A stretch of 64,000 bases of DNA from Octopus sinensis (taxonomy: Eukaryota): assembly GCF_006345805.1 (NCBI RefSeq), contig NC_043022.1:13950001-14014000 (forward strand), written 5' to 3'. This document shows, one piece after another, positions 49,754-62,601 of the stretch. The notes below the pieces were generated by a model. That model ran no database searches and was not told the DNA's origin. It was given only the letters and a program-made list of their open reading frames with translations. The number at the start of each line of letters is the position of its first letter. Position 1 is the stretch's first letter. The translations under genes and the position numbers were made by a program.

Positions 49754-49981
49754 AAGTAATACTTAATAAAAGGGGTTCAGCAAAGATTTGCTTTACCACA
49801 TGCTGAAGTTTAGAAATAGCAGCCAAAAATCTTAGCTATTTCTTCTACTTTAAAAAGGGACTCCTAAAGAAACCAAAATAATTTTTAAAGTAGAAATAGC
49901 TAAGATTTTTGGCTGCTATTTCTAAACTTCGGTATGTGGTAATGCAAATCTTTGCTGAACCCTTTTTATTAAGTATTACTT
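49754..49981. mobile_element. fold-back element with about 100-bp arms, ending in (TA)n
   Basis: AAGTAATACTTAATAAAAGGGGTTCAGC...GCTGAACCCTTTTTATTAAGTATTACTT. Confidence 0.8.
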
Positions 49982-50013
49982 ATATATATATATATATAAT
50001 GTGACATGTGACA

Positions 50014-50110
<97 letters not shown>

Positions 50111-50136
50111 ATATATATATATATATATTATATATA

Positions 50137-50169
<33 letters not shown>

Positions 50170-50183
50170 ATAATAATATACTG

Positions 50184-50265
50184 GCTGTGGTGGCCAAGTG
50201 GTTAAGGCATTGGACTTGAAATCCAACGGATAATACCCATGCAGGTTCAAATCCTGCCTACAGCA
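50184..50265 (+). tRNA. trnS: tRNA-Ser (TGA), possibly a decayed copy
   Basis: Acceptor GCTGTGG/CTACAGC, anticodon arm TTGGA-CT TGA AA-TCCAA, long variable arm, T arm GCAGG-TTCAAAT-CCTGC, T-run terminator downstream. Confidence 0.8.
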
Positions 50266-50802
50266 ATTATTTTTCATGGTGGTGCTCCGGCATGACCGCG
50301 GCTACCTGGCTGAAGCACATAAAAGAATATATATATATATATATAATTATTTACAATCATGAAATTAGCATTAGTTTATCTCACTCTTTCTTGCGGAACA
50401 CCTAGGAACCTATTGTGGGGCCCTAGGGAACCCTGGATGAGAAACGCTGCCTTAGCTACTTGGAGCCACGTACCTGTCCATGAATTAAAGTTTTTGTTGT
50501 TCATTTAACGAGTGACAGAAGGAAGGCGAGCAGCAATGGCCACCACTTCAGAAAGCAGGAGACAACAACACTAGCAGTAGTGGCTTACTTTTGGCAAGAA
50601 ACACAGCTAAATAAACAGTTTCTTACACACACACACACATATGCACACACACAGGTATGCATGCACACATACAGAGGCACCCACAAATACACGTATGCAC
50701 ACACACACATACATATACAGGCACGCACACGCACACATACACATGCATGCAACCACATCAACACACAGAGATAACTCCATATGCAAACTCCGCATATATA
50801 TA

Positions 50803-51178
50803 CTCCTTTACTTGTTTCAGTCATTTGACTGCGGCCATGCTGGAGCACCGCCTTTAGTCAAGCAAATCGACCCCGGGACTTATTCTTTGTAAGCCCAGTA
50901 CTTATTCCATCGGTCTGTTTTGCCGAACCGCTAAGTGACGGGGACGTAAACACACCAGCATCGGTTGTCAAGCAATGCTAGGGGGACAAACACAGACACA
51001 CAAACATATACATATATACGACAGGCTTCTTTCAGTTTCCGTCTACCAAATCCACTCACAAGACATTGGTCAGCCCGGGGCTATAGCAGAAGACACTTGC
51101 CAAAGATGGGACGCAGTGGGACTGAACCCGGAACCATGTGGTTGGTTAGCAAGCTACTTACCACACAGCCACTCCTGG
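50803..51178 (-). mobile_element. SINE family A
   Basis: Homology to the other A copies. Confidence 0.9.
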
Positions 51179-51666
51179 ATCCATGTATATATATATATAT
51201 ACATATAAATATATATATACATATATAGATATACTGATGTAAACATATCAGCATAGACACTCACACATGTGCATGCACACACACACACACACACACACAA
51301 TGTACTATTGTTAGGCACACAATCTTCTAGTAATACAAACAGAAGTATGTATGAAAATATTATGTGTAAACATACATTCAGACATACATCCACATATACG
51401 TGTGTGTGTGTATATACGTATGTGTGTGGTGTGTATGTAAATACATACACACGCGCGTGTGTGTGTGTATCTGTGTAGGCAGACAAGTATATATGCAATG
51501 TCCGTATATATAAAGGTAAACAAGTGTGTGTGTGTGTGTGCATACATATATATACACACCATGCACACACACATATATGTATGCATTAAATCTACATGAA
51601 GACACAGATAAGACCATAACAAGCAATGTCCACACACACACACACATACATACGTATGTATGTATG

Positions 51667-51748
<82 letters not shown>

Positions 51749-51759
51749 CTTATTCTATG

Positions 51760-51790
<31 letters not shown>

Positions 51791-51935
51791 ATATATATGT
51801 ATATATATATATATATATATATGTGTATATATATATATGTGTATATATATATGTGTATATATATATATGTGTAAATATATATTTGTATATATATATGTGT
51901 ATATATATATATATGTGTATATATATATTTGTATA

Positions 51936-51990
<55 letters not shown>

Positions 51991-52419
51991 TATATGTATG
52001 CATTGAAATCTACACACAGACACATAAGCTCATAACAAGCAATGCCCACACACACAAACACACACGCACGCCATTCCTTTGCTGTAAAAGGACAAAGAAA
52101 AGGATTGGTTCCTCTGCCAAGCCACACTCTGACAGTCCCATGTTTACAGACAGACATTCTAAAGCAGCCCCCTCCCCCTATCCTCCACCACCTCCTGCTT
52201 CCAGTCCCCAGTGTTTGCCATCTTCTCGGAGGCTAATACCAGAGACAGAGCGCTCTTCAATGGCGAAAAAAAATTCTAATTTAAACAAGACAAACATTTT
52301 AAGAGAGATAAACAAGAAAAGTGGAATTAGATAAGAAAGAAAGGTCAGCTGACGAAAATGATAACCTCCACCCCTTTCTTGCTCTTTTGTCCCCCCAGAG
52401 TCAACAGCCCAAAATATTT

Positions 52420-53390
52420 ATATTTATTTCTTTATTGGCCACAGGGGGCTAAACAAATTAAGTCGATTACATCGACCCCAGTGATTAAGTGGTATTTATT
52501 TAATTGACCCTGAAAGGATGAAAGGCAAAGCCGACCTCGGTGGAATTTGAACTCAGAACATAAAGGCAGATGAAATACCTGTTTCTTTATTATCCACAAG
52601 GGGCTAAACATAGAGAGGACAAACAAGGACAGACAAACGGATTAAGTCGATTATATCGACCCCAGTGCGTAACTGGTACTTATTTAATTGACCCTGAAAG
52701 GATGAAAGGCAAAGCCGACCTCGGAGGAATTTGAACTCAGAACGTAAAGACAGATGAAATACCTGTTTCTTTATTACCTGCAAGGGGCTAAACATAGAGG
52801 GGACAAACAAGGACAGACAAACGGATTAAGTCGATTATATCGACCCCAGTGCGTAACTGGTACTTATTTAATTGACCCTGAAAGGATGAAAGGCAAAGCC
52901 GACCTCGGTGGAATTTGAACTCAGAACGTAAAGACAGATGAAATACCTGTTTCTTTATTACCAAGGGGCTAAACATAGAGGAGACAAACAAGGACAGACA
53001 AACGTATTAAGTCGATTACATTGACTCCAGTGCATAACTGGTACTTAATTTATCGACCCTGAAAGGATGAAAGGCAAAGTCAACCTGGGCGGAATTTGAA
53101 CTCAGAACATAAAGACAGCCGAAATACCGCTAAGCATTTTGCCCGGCTTGCTAATGTTTCTTATTTCTTTACTGCCCACAAGGGACTACACACAGAGGGG
53201 ACAAACAAGGTCAGATAAATGAATTATGTCGATTATATCGACCCAGTGTGTAACTGGTAATTAATTCATCGACCCCGAAAGGATGAAAGGCAAAGTCGAC
53301 CTGGGTGGAATTTGAACTCAGAACGTAGCGGCAGACGAAATACCGCTAAGCATTTCGCCCGACATGCTAATGTTTCTGCCAGCTCACAGA
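52420..53390 (-). mobile_element. SINE family C concatemer (about 5 bodies)
   Basis: About 180-bp unit repeated; head sequence at about 53130-53160 and 53340-53390. Confidence 0.88.
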
Positions 53391-54056
53391 CTTAATATTT
53401 CTGATACACAAACTGGGTCCAAATGGCCCTTAGGGGTCCACATAAGACTATATACTTTTACAACACACACACATTTCAGTAATAAGGATCCATAAAGAAT
53501 GGAGGCATATCAGGATGAAGCATGCCATTAATTGGCTAGGCAGAATCCTTTAGTTCAACAAATTGACCCCAGGACTTATTTTTTGTAAGCCTAGTACTTA
53601 TTCTATCGGTCTCTTTTGCTGAACTGCTAAGTGACGGGGACGTTTGTCAAGTGATGGTGGGGATACAAACACATACACACACACATATATGCGGGCTTCT
53701 TTCAGTTTCCATCTACCAGATCTACTCACAAGGCTTTGGTTGACCCGAGGCTATAGTAGAAGACACTTGCTCAATTCTCACACAGTGGGACTGAACCCAG
53801 AACCATGTGGTTGGTAAGCAAGCTACATACCGTACAGTCACTCCTGTGTCTGTTGCTGAGACCCCCTTCAGTCATGACTCACCACGGGATTGCACCTAGA
53901 AAGTTACCCTCCCAGGCACAAGTGTGGGCAAAGTTGCTTATGGAAGACCAGCAGTCACCCATGCATACCGGCCTCCCCTCTTCACACCACCAGTGTTATC
54001 CAAGGGAAAGGCAAAGGGGCCAATACAGCTTGGCACCTGTGATGTAGTATATATAT

Positions 54057-54089
<33 letters not shown>

Positions 54090-54474
54090 CAGCTTGGCGT
54101 CTGTATATATATATATATATATATAATGTGTGTGTGTATGTGTGTGTGTGTGTTTGTGGAGGCACAATGGCCCAGTGGTTAGGGCAGTGGACTGGGCATT
54201 GTGAGTGTTTATTGATTGAAAGCACCTGAAGCTCCATGAGGCTCTGGCAGGGGGTGGTGGCGAACCCTGCTGTACTCTTTCACCACAACTTTCTCTCACT
54301 CTTTCTCCCTGTTTCGGGAGGGAACCAGTTGATTAGATCGACCCCAGTACACAACCGGTAAAGCTGACCTTGGCGGAATTTGAACTCAGAACGTACAGAC
54401 AAACTAAATGCCACTAAGCTGTTTGCCTGGCGTGCTAATGTTTCTGCCAGCTCGCTGCCAACCACCTCAAATAA

Positions 54475-54935
54475 TCATCATCATCATTATCATCATCGTT
54501 TAACGTCCGTTTTCCATGCTAGCATGGGTTGGACGGTTCAACTGGGGTCTGGGAAGCCAGGAGGCTGTGCCAGGCTCCAGTCTGATCTGGCAGTGTTTCT
54601 ACAGCTGGATGCCCTTCCTAATGCCAACCACTCCGAGAATGTAGTGGGTGCTTTTTACGTGCCACCGGCACGGGGGCCAGACGAGGCTGGCAACGGCCAC
54701 AATCGGATGGTGCTTTTTACGTGTCACCGGCACGGAGGCCAGTCGAGGTGACACTGGCAACGGCCACGTTCGGACTGTTCTCCTACGTGCCACCGGCACT
54801 GGTATCTCAGCTGCAATTTCCATTGATGTTGTAAGATTTCGATTTCGATTTTCACTTGCCTCAACAGGTCTTCACAAGTAGGGTTTGTGTCACAAGAAGG
54901 AACGGTTTGCATAAGTGGGCTGGCTATGTCCCAGG
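54475..54935 (-). mobile_element. family-D element
   Basis: Homology to 6632 and 34465. Confidence 0.8.
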
Positions 54936-55042
54936 TAGAGAACCAGTCAATTAGATTGATTAGTTGATTAGATTTACACAACTGGTAAAGTCGACCTTGG
55001 CGGAATTTGAACTCAGAACATACAGAAGATTCTGACAAGTCA

Positions 55043-55428
55043 CTCTCTTTTACTCTTTTACTTGTTTCAGTCATTTGACTGCGGCCATGCTGGAGCACCG
55101 CCTTTAATTGAGCAACTCGACCCCAGGACTTATTCTTTTGTAAGCCCAGTACTTATTCTATCGGTCTCTTTCGCCGAACCGCTAAGTAACGGGGACATAA
55201 ACAAACCAGCATCAGTTGTCAAGCAATGCTAGGGGGACAAACACACACACGCATATATATATATACGACGGGCTTCTTTCAGTTTCCGTCTACCAAATCC
55301 ACTCACAAGGCTTTGGTCGGCCCGAGGCTATAGTAGAAGACACTTGCCCAATGTGCCACACAGTGGGACTGAACCCGGAACCATGTGGTTGGTAAACAAG
55401 CTACTTACCACACAGCCACTCCTGCGCC
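55043..55428 (-). mobile_element. SINE family A
   Basis: Homology to the other A copies. Confidence 0.9.
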
Positions 55429-56580
55429 TCAAATAATAATAATAATAATAATAATAATGATAATTTATTACAGTTACACAGTCCGAAGTATGTAGGTCCT
55501 GTATTAATAGTTTAGGGTAGGAAAGGAGGAGTTAACTCTTTAGAAATAGGGGAAACTGGTGGGTCAGTTAATTAGGGGTTAGTGATCGAGGGGTGGGCGG
55601 GTGGAGTGGAGGTGGAGACAGCTGTGAAAGGAAAGCAGAGGCGCAGAGGTGTGTGAGGAATAAGGTGGAGGGGTGGAGTGTGGTGGTGTTGGTGGGGCGT
55701 AGGGCGGAGCGTGGTGGAGTGTGTGTGTGTGTGGTGGTGGTGGGGGAAGGGCGACAGTGTGGTATGTAGTAATGTAGTGAGTCGGACATAAACAGTAATT
55801 ATTAGAGCGAGACTTGTATAATAATTGGGTTTTGTCACAGACACACAAATACACACAGACACACACACACATGTGCAGACGTAATACATACGCACATTCT
55901 TTCTCTCTTATAGAAATTTATATGCAAGTGGGTACATTATCATGTACACACACATACATATATACACACACACATACACATACTCATATGCACACGTTCG
56001 TTCCTTCATAGTAATTTATATGCACAATATACACACATACACAAACACACATGCACAAATAGACACACACACACACATAGATTCATTGTCTCATAGAATT
56101 TACATGTACACACACATACCTGCACACACACACACATGCAAACATACACACATCCAAACCTCACACAGGCACATATCTCAAATACATACACATACATTCC
56201 ATCATTGCAATTTATATGCACAGACACAAACACACACCTGTACACATGCACAGGTAAACCTCACACAAGCACACACACCTCAAACACATACACATCCATT
56301 CCGTAATTGCAATTTATATGCTCACACACACCTGTACACACTCACACACGCAAGAGGAAGCAATCTGCTCTCTTAGACGCATAAAGAAAGCAAAGTATAG
56401 AAAATGTGACCGTTTACACACAAACAACACTCCCATTGCCACATGACTATACACACACCGTGTGTGTGTTTAACCTCGTTAAGGAGTTTTATTTATAGGT
56501 AATAGTAAGTGTGTGTGTGTGCGTGTGTGATTTTCTTAGTTCCTTATATATATATATACATATATATATCTTGTATATAG

Positions 56581-56970
56581 GCGCAGGAGTGGCTGTGTGG
56601 TAAGTAGCTTGCTAACCAACCACATGGTTCCGGGTTCAGTCCCACTGCGTGGCACCTTGGGCAAGTGTCTTCTACTATAGCCTTGGGCCGACCAAAGCCT
56701 TGTGAGTGGATTTGGTAGACGGAAACTGAAAGAAGCCCGTCATATATATGTATATATGTGCGTGTATGTTTGTGTGTCTGTATTTGTCCCCCTAGCATTG
56801 CTTGACAACCGATGCTGGTGTGTTTACGTCCCCGTCACTTAGCGGTTCAGCAAAAGACACCGATAGAATAAGTACCCGGGCTTACAAAGAATAAGTCCCG
56901 GGGTCGATTTGCTCGACTAAAGGCGGTGCTCCAGCATGGCCGCAGTCAAATGACTGAAACAAGTAAAAGT
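56581..56970 (+). mobile_element. SINE family A
   Basis: Homology to the other A copies. Confidence 0.9.
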
Positions 56971-56980
56971 AATATATAAC

Positions 56981-57101
<121 letters not shown>

Positions 57102-57189
57102 GGTTGTGGATGCACAGCTGTGGCTGTGTGGTAAGAAGCTTGCTTACCAACCACATGGCTCAGGGTTCAGTCCCACTGCATGGTAACTG

Positions 57190-57598
57190 CAACCATGCTG
57201 GGGCACCATCTTGAAGAATTTTTAGTTGAATGAATTAACCCCAGGACTTATTCTTTGTAAGCCTAGCACTTATTCTATCGATCTCTTTTGCTAAACCGCT
57301 AAGTTATAGGGATGTAAACACACCAGCATCGGTTGTCAAGCGATGTTGGGGGAACAAACACAGATACACAAACATATATACATACACATACACATACATA
57401 CATACATATATATATATATACACATACATATATACGACGGGCTTCTTTCAGTTTCCGTCTACCAAATCCACTCACAAGGCTCTGGTCGACCCGAGGCTAT
57501 AGTAGAAGACACTTGCCCAAGGTGCCACGCAGTGGGACTGAACCCGGAACCATGTGGTTCATAAGCAAGGTACTTACCACACAGCCACTCCTGTGCCT
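57190..57598 (-). mobile_element. SINE family A
   Basis: Homology to the other A copies. Confidence 0.85.
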
Positions 57599-57599
57599 A

Positions 57600-57637
<38 letters not shown>

Positions 57638-57980
57638 CATATATATATACATATATATACATATATATATACATACATATATACATACATATATACATAC
57701 ATATATACATATATATATATATACATACATACATACATATATACATACATACATATATACATACATATATATATACATACATATATATATACATACATAT
57801 ATATATACATACATACATATATACATACATATATATATACATACATACATATATACATACATACATATATACATACATATATATATACATACATACATAT
57901 ATACATACATACATATATACATACATACATATATACATACATACATATATACATACATACATATATACATACATACATAT

Positions 57981-58037
<57 letters not shown>

Positions 58038-58733
58038 TATATTATGCCACTCCTACGCCTATATGTATACATATATATATATAATGGGCAATCATTTGCC
58101 TAGCAACTGTTTTGATCTAAGATCATGTGGTGAAACTAAAGCGATTTCTGCATGGAAGACTCTCAACGTAGCCATTCAGAACCATACACAGACACCATTA
58201 ACTTTGCTTAAACATTCATTTGTGAAATGGTGTCAAAATTTTTATTACTCAAAACTATAATCTTTTCACAGTTTTTTTTCTGTCAGTGAACAGGTCACAG
58301 TTTTATGCAACAAAAATTTTGTCTGACATCATTTGGAAAATAAATGTTCATGTGGAGTTAATGGTTTTTGTGTGGTTCTGAATGGCTACCTTGAGCCTGC
58401 CATGTTGCAATGGCTTTTTATTTTCTGATAAAAACTTCTGCAGGTCATCATTGATTTGAGACTGATCGACTTTATGATGATTGGGCACGCCAGCTCTCAG
58501 CAGCAATAAGAAATAATAATATATATATCATATACCGGAGTAAACACATAAATGTGAAACAAGGTGGAAAAAAGAGTACTCAAATACCAGTGGTAGAGTA
58601 ATATGCTTTAAATAAAGTATATATATATATCATCATCATCATCATATATATATATATATATATATATATTGGTAAAACGGTAAGATAACAAAAGAAAGAA
58701 AGAGACCTCAATATTATGTAAATAGAGGAAATT

Positions 58734-58960
58734 TATCTATACAATTATATGTTACATTACTCAATAGTCAAGATAAAACTCTGAGTTTCAGATGCCGAAG
58801 TGGGAATCCACGACATCTCTTCGGTTATCTGGCTATTTGAAACGATAGCGTTTTCAAATAGCCAGATAACCGAAGAGATGTCGTGGATTCCCACTTCGGC
58901 ATCTGAAACTCAGAGTTTTATCTTGACTATTGAGTAATGTAACATATAATTGTATAGATA
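58734..58960. mobile_element. near-perfect palindrome of the Penelope 3' pLTR
   Basis: Arms of about 111 bp with a 4-nt loop; arm homologous to 17560-17665. Confidence 0.88.
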
Positions 58961-58987
58961 TATATATATATGTGTGTGTGTATGTGT

Positions 58988-59250
58988 GTGGGGAGGTGCG
59001 GGGCTTAGTGGTTGGGGTGTCAATATCATGATTGTAAGATTGTGGTTTCGATTCCTGGACCGGGTGACACGTTGTGTTCTTGAGCAAAACACTTCATTTC
59101 ACGTTGCTCCAGTCCACTCAGATGGCAAAAATGAGTAACGCTGCGATGGACTGGCGTCCTCTCCAGCTGGGGAACACATATGCCACAGAAACCGGGAAAC
59201 CAGGCCCATGAGCATGGCTAGGCTTTAAAAGGGCGCATTTATTTATTATT
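58988..59250 (+). mobile_element. SINE family E
   Basis: Homolog of 86-343. Confidence 0.85.
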
Positions 59251-59449
59251 TTACGTAGACCTATAGGCCAACTTACAACCAGTCAGTCAGAACCAGTTGT
59301 GGTCATAAACTGATGACAATGACCAGTGAGTTTTGTGAGAAATTTATCATGTACACGCTGCCTACATAACTATATATGCTGACACCGTGTACATAATAAA
59401 TTTCTCACAAAACTTATTAATTCTCACATGACTGCACTCCAGTATATAT

Positions 59450-59840
59450 ATACTCTTTTACTTGTTTCGGTCATTTGACTGCGGCCATGCTGGAGCACCG
59501 CCTTTAGTCGAGCAAATCGACCCCGGGACTTATTCTTTGTAAGCCCAGTACTTATTCTATCGGTGTCTTTTGCTGAACCGCTAAGTGACGGGGATGTAAA
59601 CACACCAGCATCGGTTGTCAAGCAATGCTAGGGGGACAAACATAGACACACAAACACATACACTTATATATATATATATACGACAGGCTTCTTTCAGTTT
59701 CCGTCTACCAAATCCACTCACAAGGCATTGGTCGGCCCGGGGCTATAGCAGAAGACACTTGCCCAAGATGCCACACAGTGGGACGGAACCTGGAACCATG
59801 TGGTTGGTAAGCAAGCTACTTACCACACAGCCACTCCTAC
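59450..59840 (-). mobile_element. SINE family A
   Basis: Homology to the other A copies. Confidence 0.9.
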
Positions 59841-60254
59841 ACCTATATATATATTATTTATCACGTACACGGTACCAGTATATATCTCGCATGTTAGTCC
59901 CCTATCTCGGTTCTCTTAGATTACAGAACATGGTGTCCAGTCAATGGTATCTTCAAGTCAAAGAATGTGAGATACAATGGTTTGTTCTCAGCTAAGAACT
60001 TCTCTTGTAGAGAATAAAAAAGACTTCAGTGATGACTCATATTCTAGCAAGTGCCTCATTTGCATAAGTCCACCATTAATGATGGGAACCTAATTAGTAT
60101 AATTGAGTTCATAGATTCATAGCATCAGAAACCTACCTGTTGACAGGTTTCTGACATTAAATAAGGAGCTTCTAGATTTGATGGGTGTATAAAAATATTG
60201 GCTGTTTATTTCTTTGGGATATAAAAATGTTTTTACTTGACACCCCTCACCCCT

Positions 60255-60930
60255 CGGACTTATTCTTTGTAAGCCTAGTACTTATTCTATCAGTCTCTTT
60301 GGCTGAACTGCTAAGTTAAAGGGACGTAAACACATCAGCATTGGTTGACAGGCAATGTTGGAGGGACAAACACAGCAGACACACACATACGATGGGCTTC
60401 TTTCAGTTTCCACCTACCAAATCCATTCACAAGGATTTGGCTGGTCTGAGGCTATAGTAGAAGACACTTGCTCAAGGTGCCATGCAGTGGGACTGAACCC
60501 AGAACCATGTGGTTGGTAAGCAAGCTACTCCTGGTCAAGTAATTACTCTCTTTTTTTTTAGTTTCAGTCATTTGACTGTGGCCATGCTGGAGCACCACCT
60601 TTAGTCGAGCGCAAAATCAACCCTAGGACTTATTCTTTGTAAGCCTTGTACTTATTCTATCGGCATCTTTTGCTGAACTGCTAAGTTACAGGGATGTAAA
60701 CACACCAGCATCGGTTGTCAAGCGATGTTGGGGGGACAAACACAGACACAGAAACATATACACACACATACACATGTACATATATACGATGAGCTTCTTT
60801 CAGTTTCCATCTAGCAAATCCTGGTCGGCCCGAGGCCATAGTAGAAGACATTTGCCCAAGGTGTCACGCAGTGGGACTGAACCTGGAACCATGTGGTTGG
60901 TAAGCAAGCTACTTACCACACAGCCACTCC
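60255..60930 (-). mobile_element. two adjacent SINE family A copies
   Basis: About 60255-60530 and 60545-60930. Confidence 0.85.
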
Positions 60931-61756
60931 ATACGTCTATAAGTATAAATTAATAAAAGAAGTGAAACCAAACATAATCCATAATCGTTTTTTTTTTTTT
61001 TTTTTTTATTTTCAACTGAGATCAGTTCAAATAAATAGCACAGAGCTTGAGCTGATGGCTCAAACTTGAGATTCAAATTGCATCAAACCAAAGTTTGTGT
61101 GTTTTCTCTTCTGGAAATATGTAAAATAAAGATCTGTAAAATACATTTGGATTTAAGTCATTAGCTTTACGTCTTCAGATAAAATTCTCCAATGCATGAG
61201 CATGATAAAAATCGTTCCGTCCATGACCATCCCGCTCTTCTCTTTGGCATTACATATCTATGATTACATTATCCTCAATGCGTTTCTTCCTTTACAAAAC
61301 AGTGAAAGTGCGATTTACAAGAGATTCGGCTGCTATTTCTAGCTGGTCGACTGACTCAACAGAGGATCCATCACTGACTCAGAAAAATCAATAGTGTTTA
61401 CAAAGAACGCAGAGTTCAATTGCTGTTGGAAATATTGATTATCATTAGCACCATCGTATCAATAAAGAGTGTGGCTTTACTTTTACATTCTTTGTAGAAT
61501 CGTCTTTGGATACAGCAAGACTGGATCAAGAAATAGCCATTTTGATTTAAAAGAGTCGACCCTTTTGTTACCATATTTCTGTAGAAATACACTTCCTCTG
61601 TTACAATTTATTTTGAAAAAAATGAAGAATTTTGCAAAATGGTAGAGTTGTTGTTTGGAACAGAAATCAACATATCAATTTTGGATGGAAAGTTTTAATT
61701 CTTAATAAAGATCACTTTAACTCTTTTGTTACCATATTTCTGTAGAAATACACTTC

Positions 61757-62150
61757 TTCATCATCATCATCGTTTAACGTCCGTTCTCCATGCTAGCATG
61801 GCTTGGACGGTTCAACCGGGGATCTGGGAAGCCAGAAGGCTGCACCAGGCTCCGGTGTGATCTGGCAGTGTTTCTACAGCTGGATGCCCTTCCTAACGCC
61901 AACCACTCCGTGACTGTAGTGGGTGCTTTTTACGTGCCACCTGCACAGGTGCCAGGCGAGGCTGGCAATGGCCACGGTCGGATTGGTGCTTTTTACGTGC
62001 CACCAGCACGGAAGCCAGTCGAGGCGGCACTGGCTTCGGCCACGATTCGGATAGTGCTTTTTACGTACTACCAGTCCAGGGGTCCTGGCATCGGCCGGGT
62101 GCCAGTCATAGGATTGGTTCAATTTCAATTCCGATTTCGATTTCGGAATT
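61757..62150 (-). mobile_element. family-D element
   Basis: Homology to 6632 and 54475. Confidence 0.8.
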
Positions 62151-62601
62151 GAAATTGAACCACTGAACAATTGGACGACTGGCTTCCTTTGTAACAATTT
62201 AGAAAGAAGAATGTAGTAAAATAATTTTGGTCATTATTAAACTGGAATTTGGAAAATAAATTAACATGAAATTTTGATGACAGAAGGTTTGAATTCAGAT
62301 CATTTTAGAACAGGAAGTTTGGTATTATACAACTAGGGATGGTCATGGACAGACTGGTGTGAAAAGGATTAATATATATCATCCAATCCAGTTGGTAACT
62401 TTTCACAGATCACAAGGATATTTAACGCCAGCACTAAACCTTGCTTCCCATGTCATTAAAAAAAATTAGATACGCTTCTTCCTCCGGGAAAGAACATAGT
62501 CTTCAGCAGGGTAATTTTCTTAACAGATAATTCAGTACCTACTTTGGTAATGCTACTGGAACTAAGTCCGTGTTTCACTGACTCTTGTGGTAGATTCAAA
62601 T

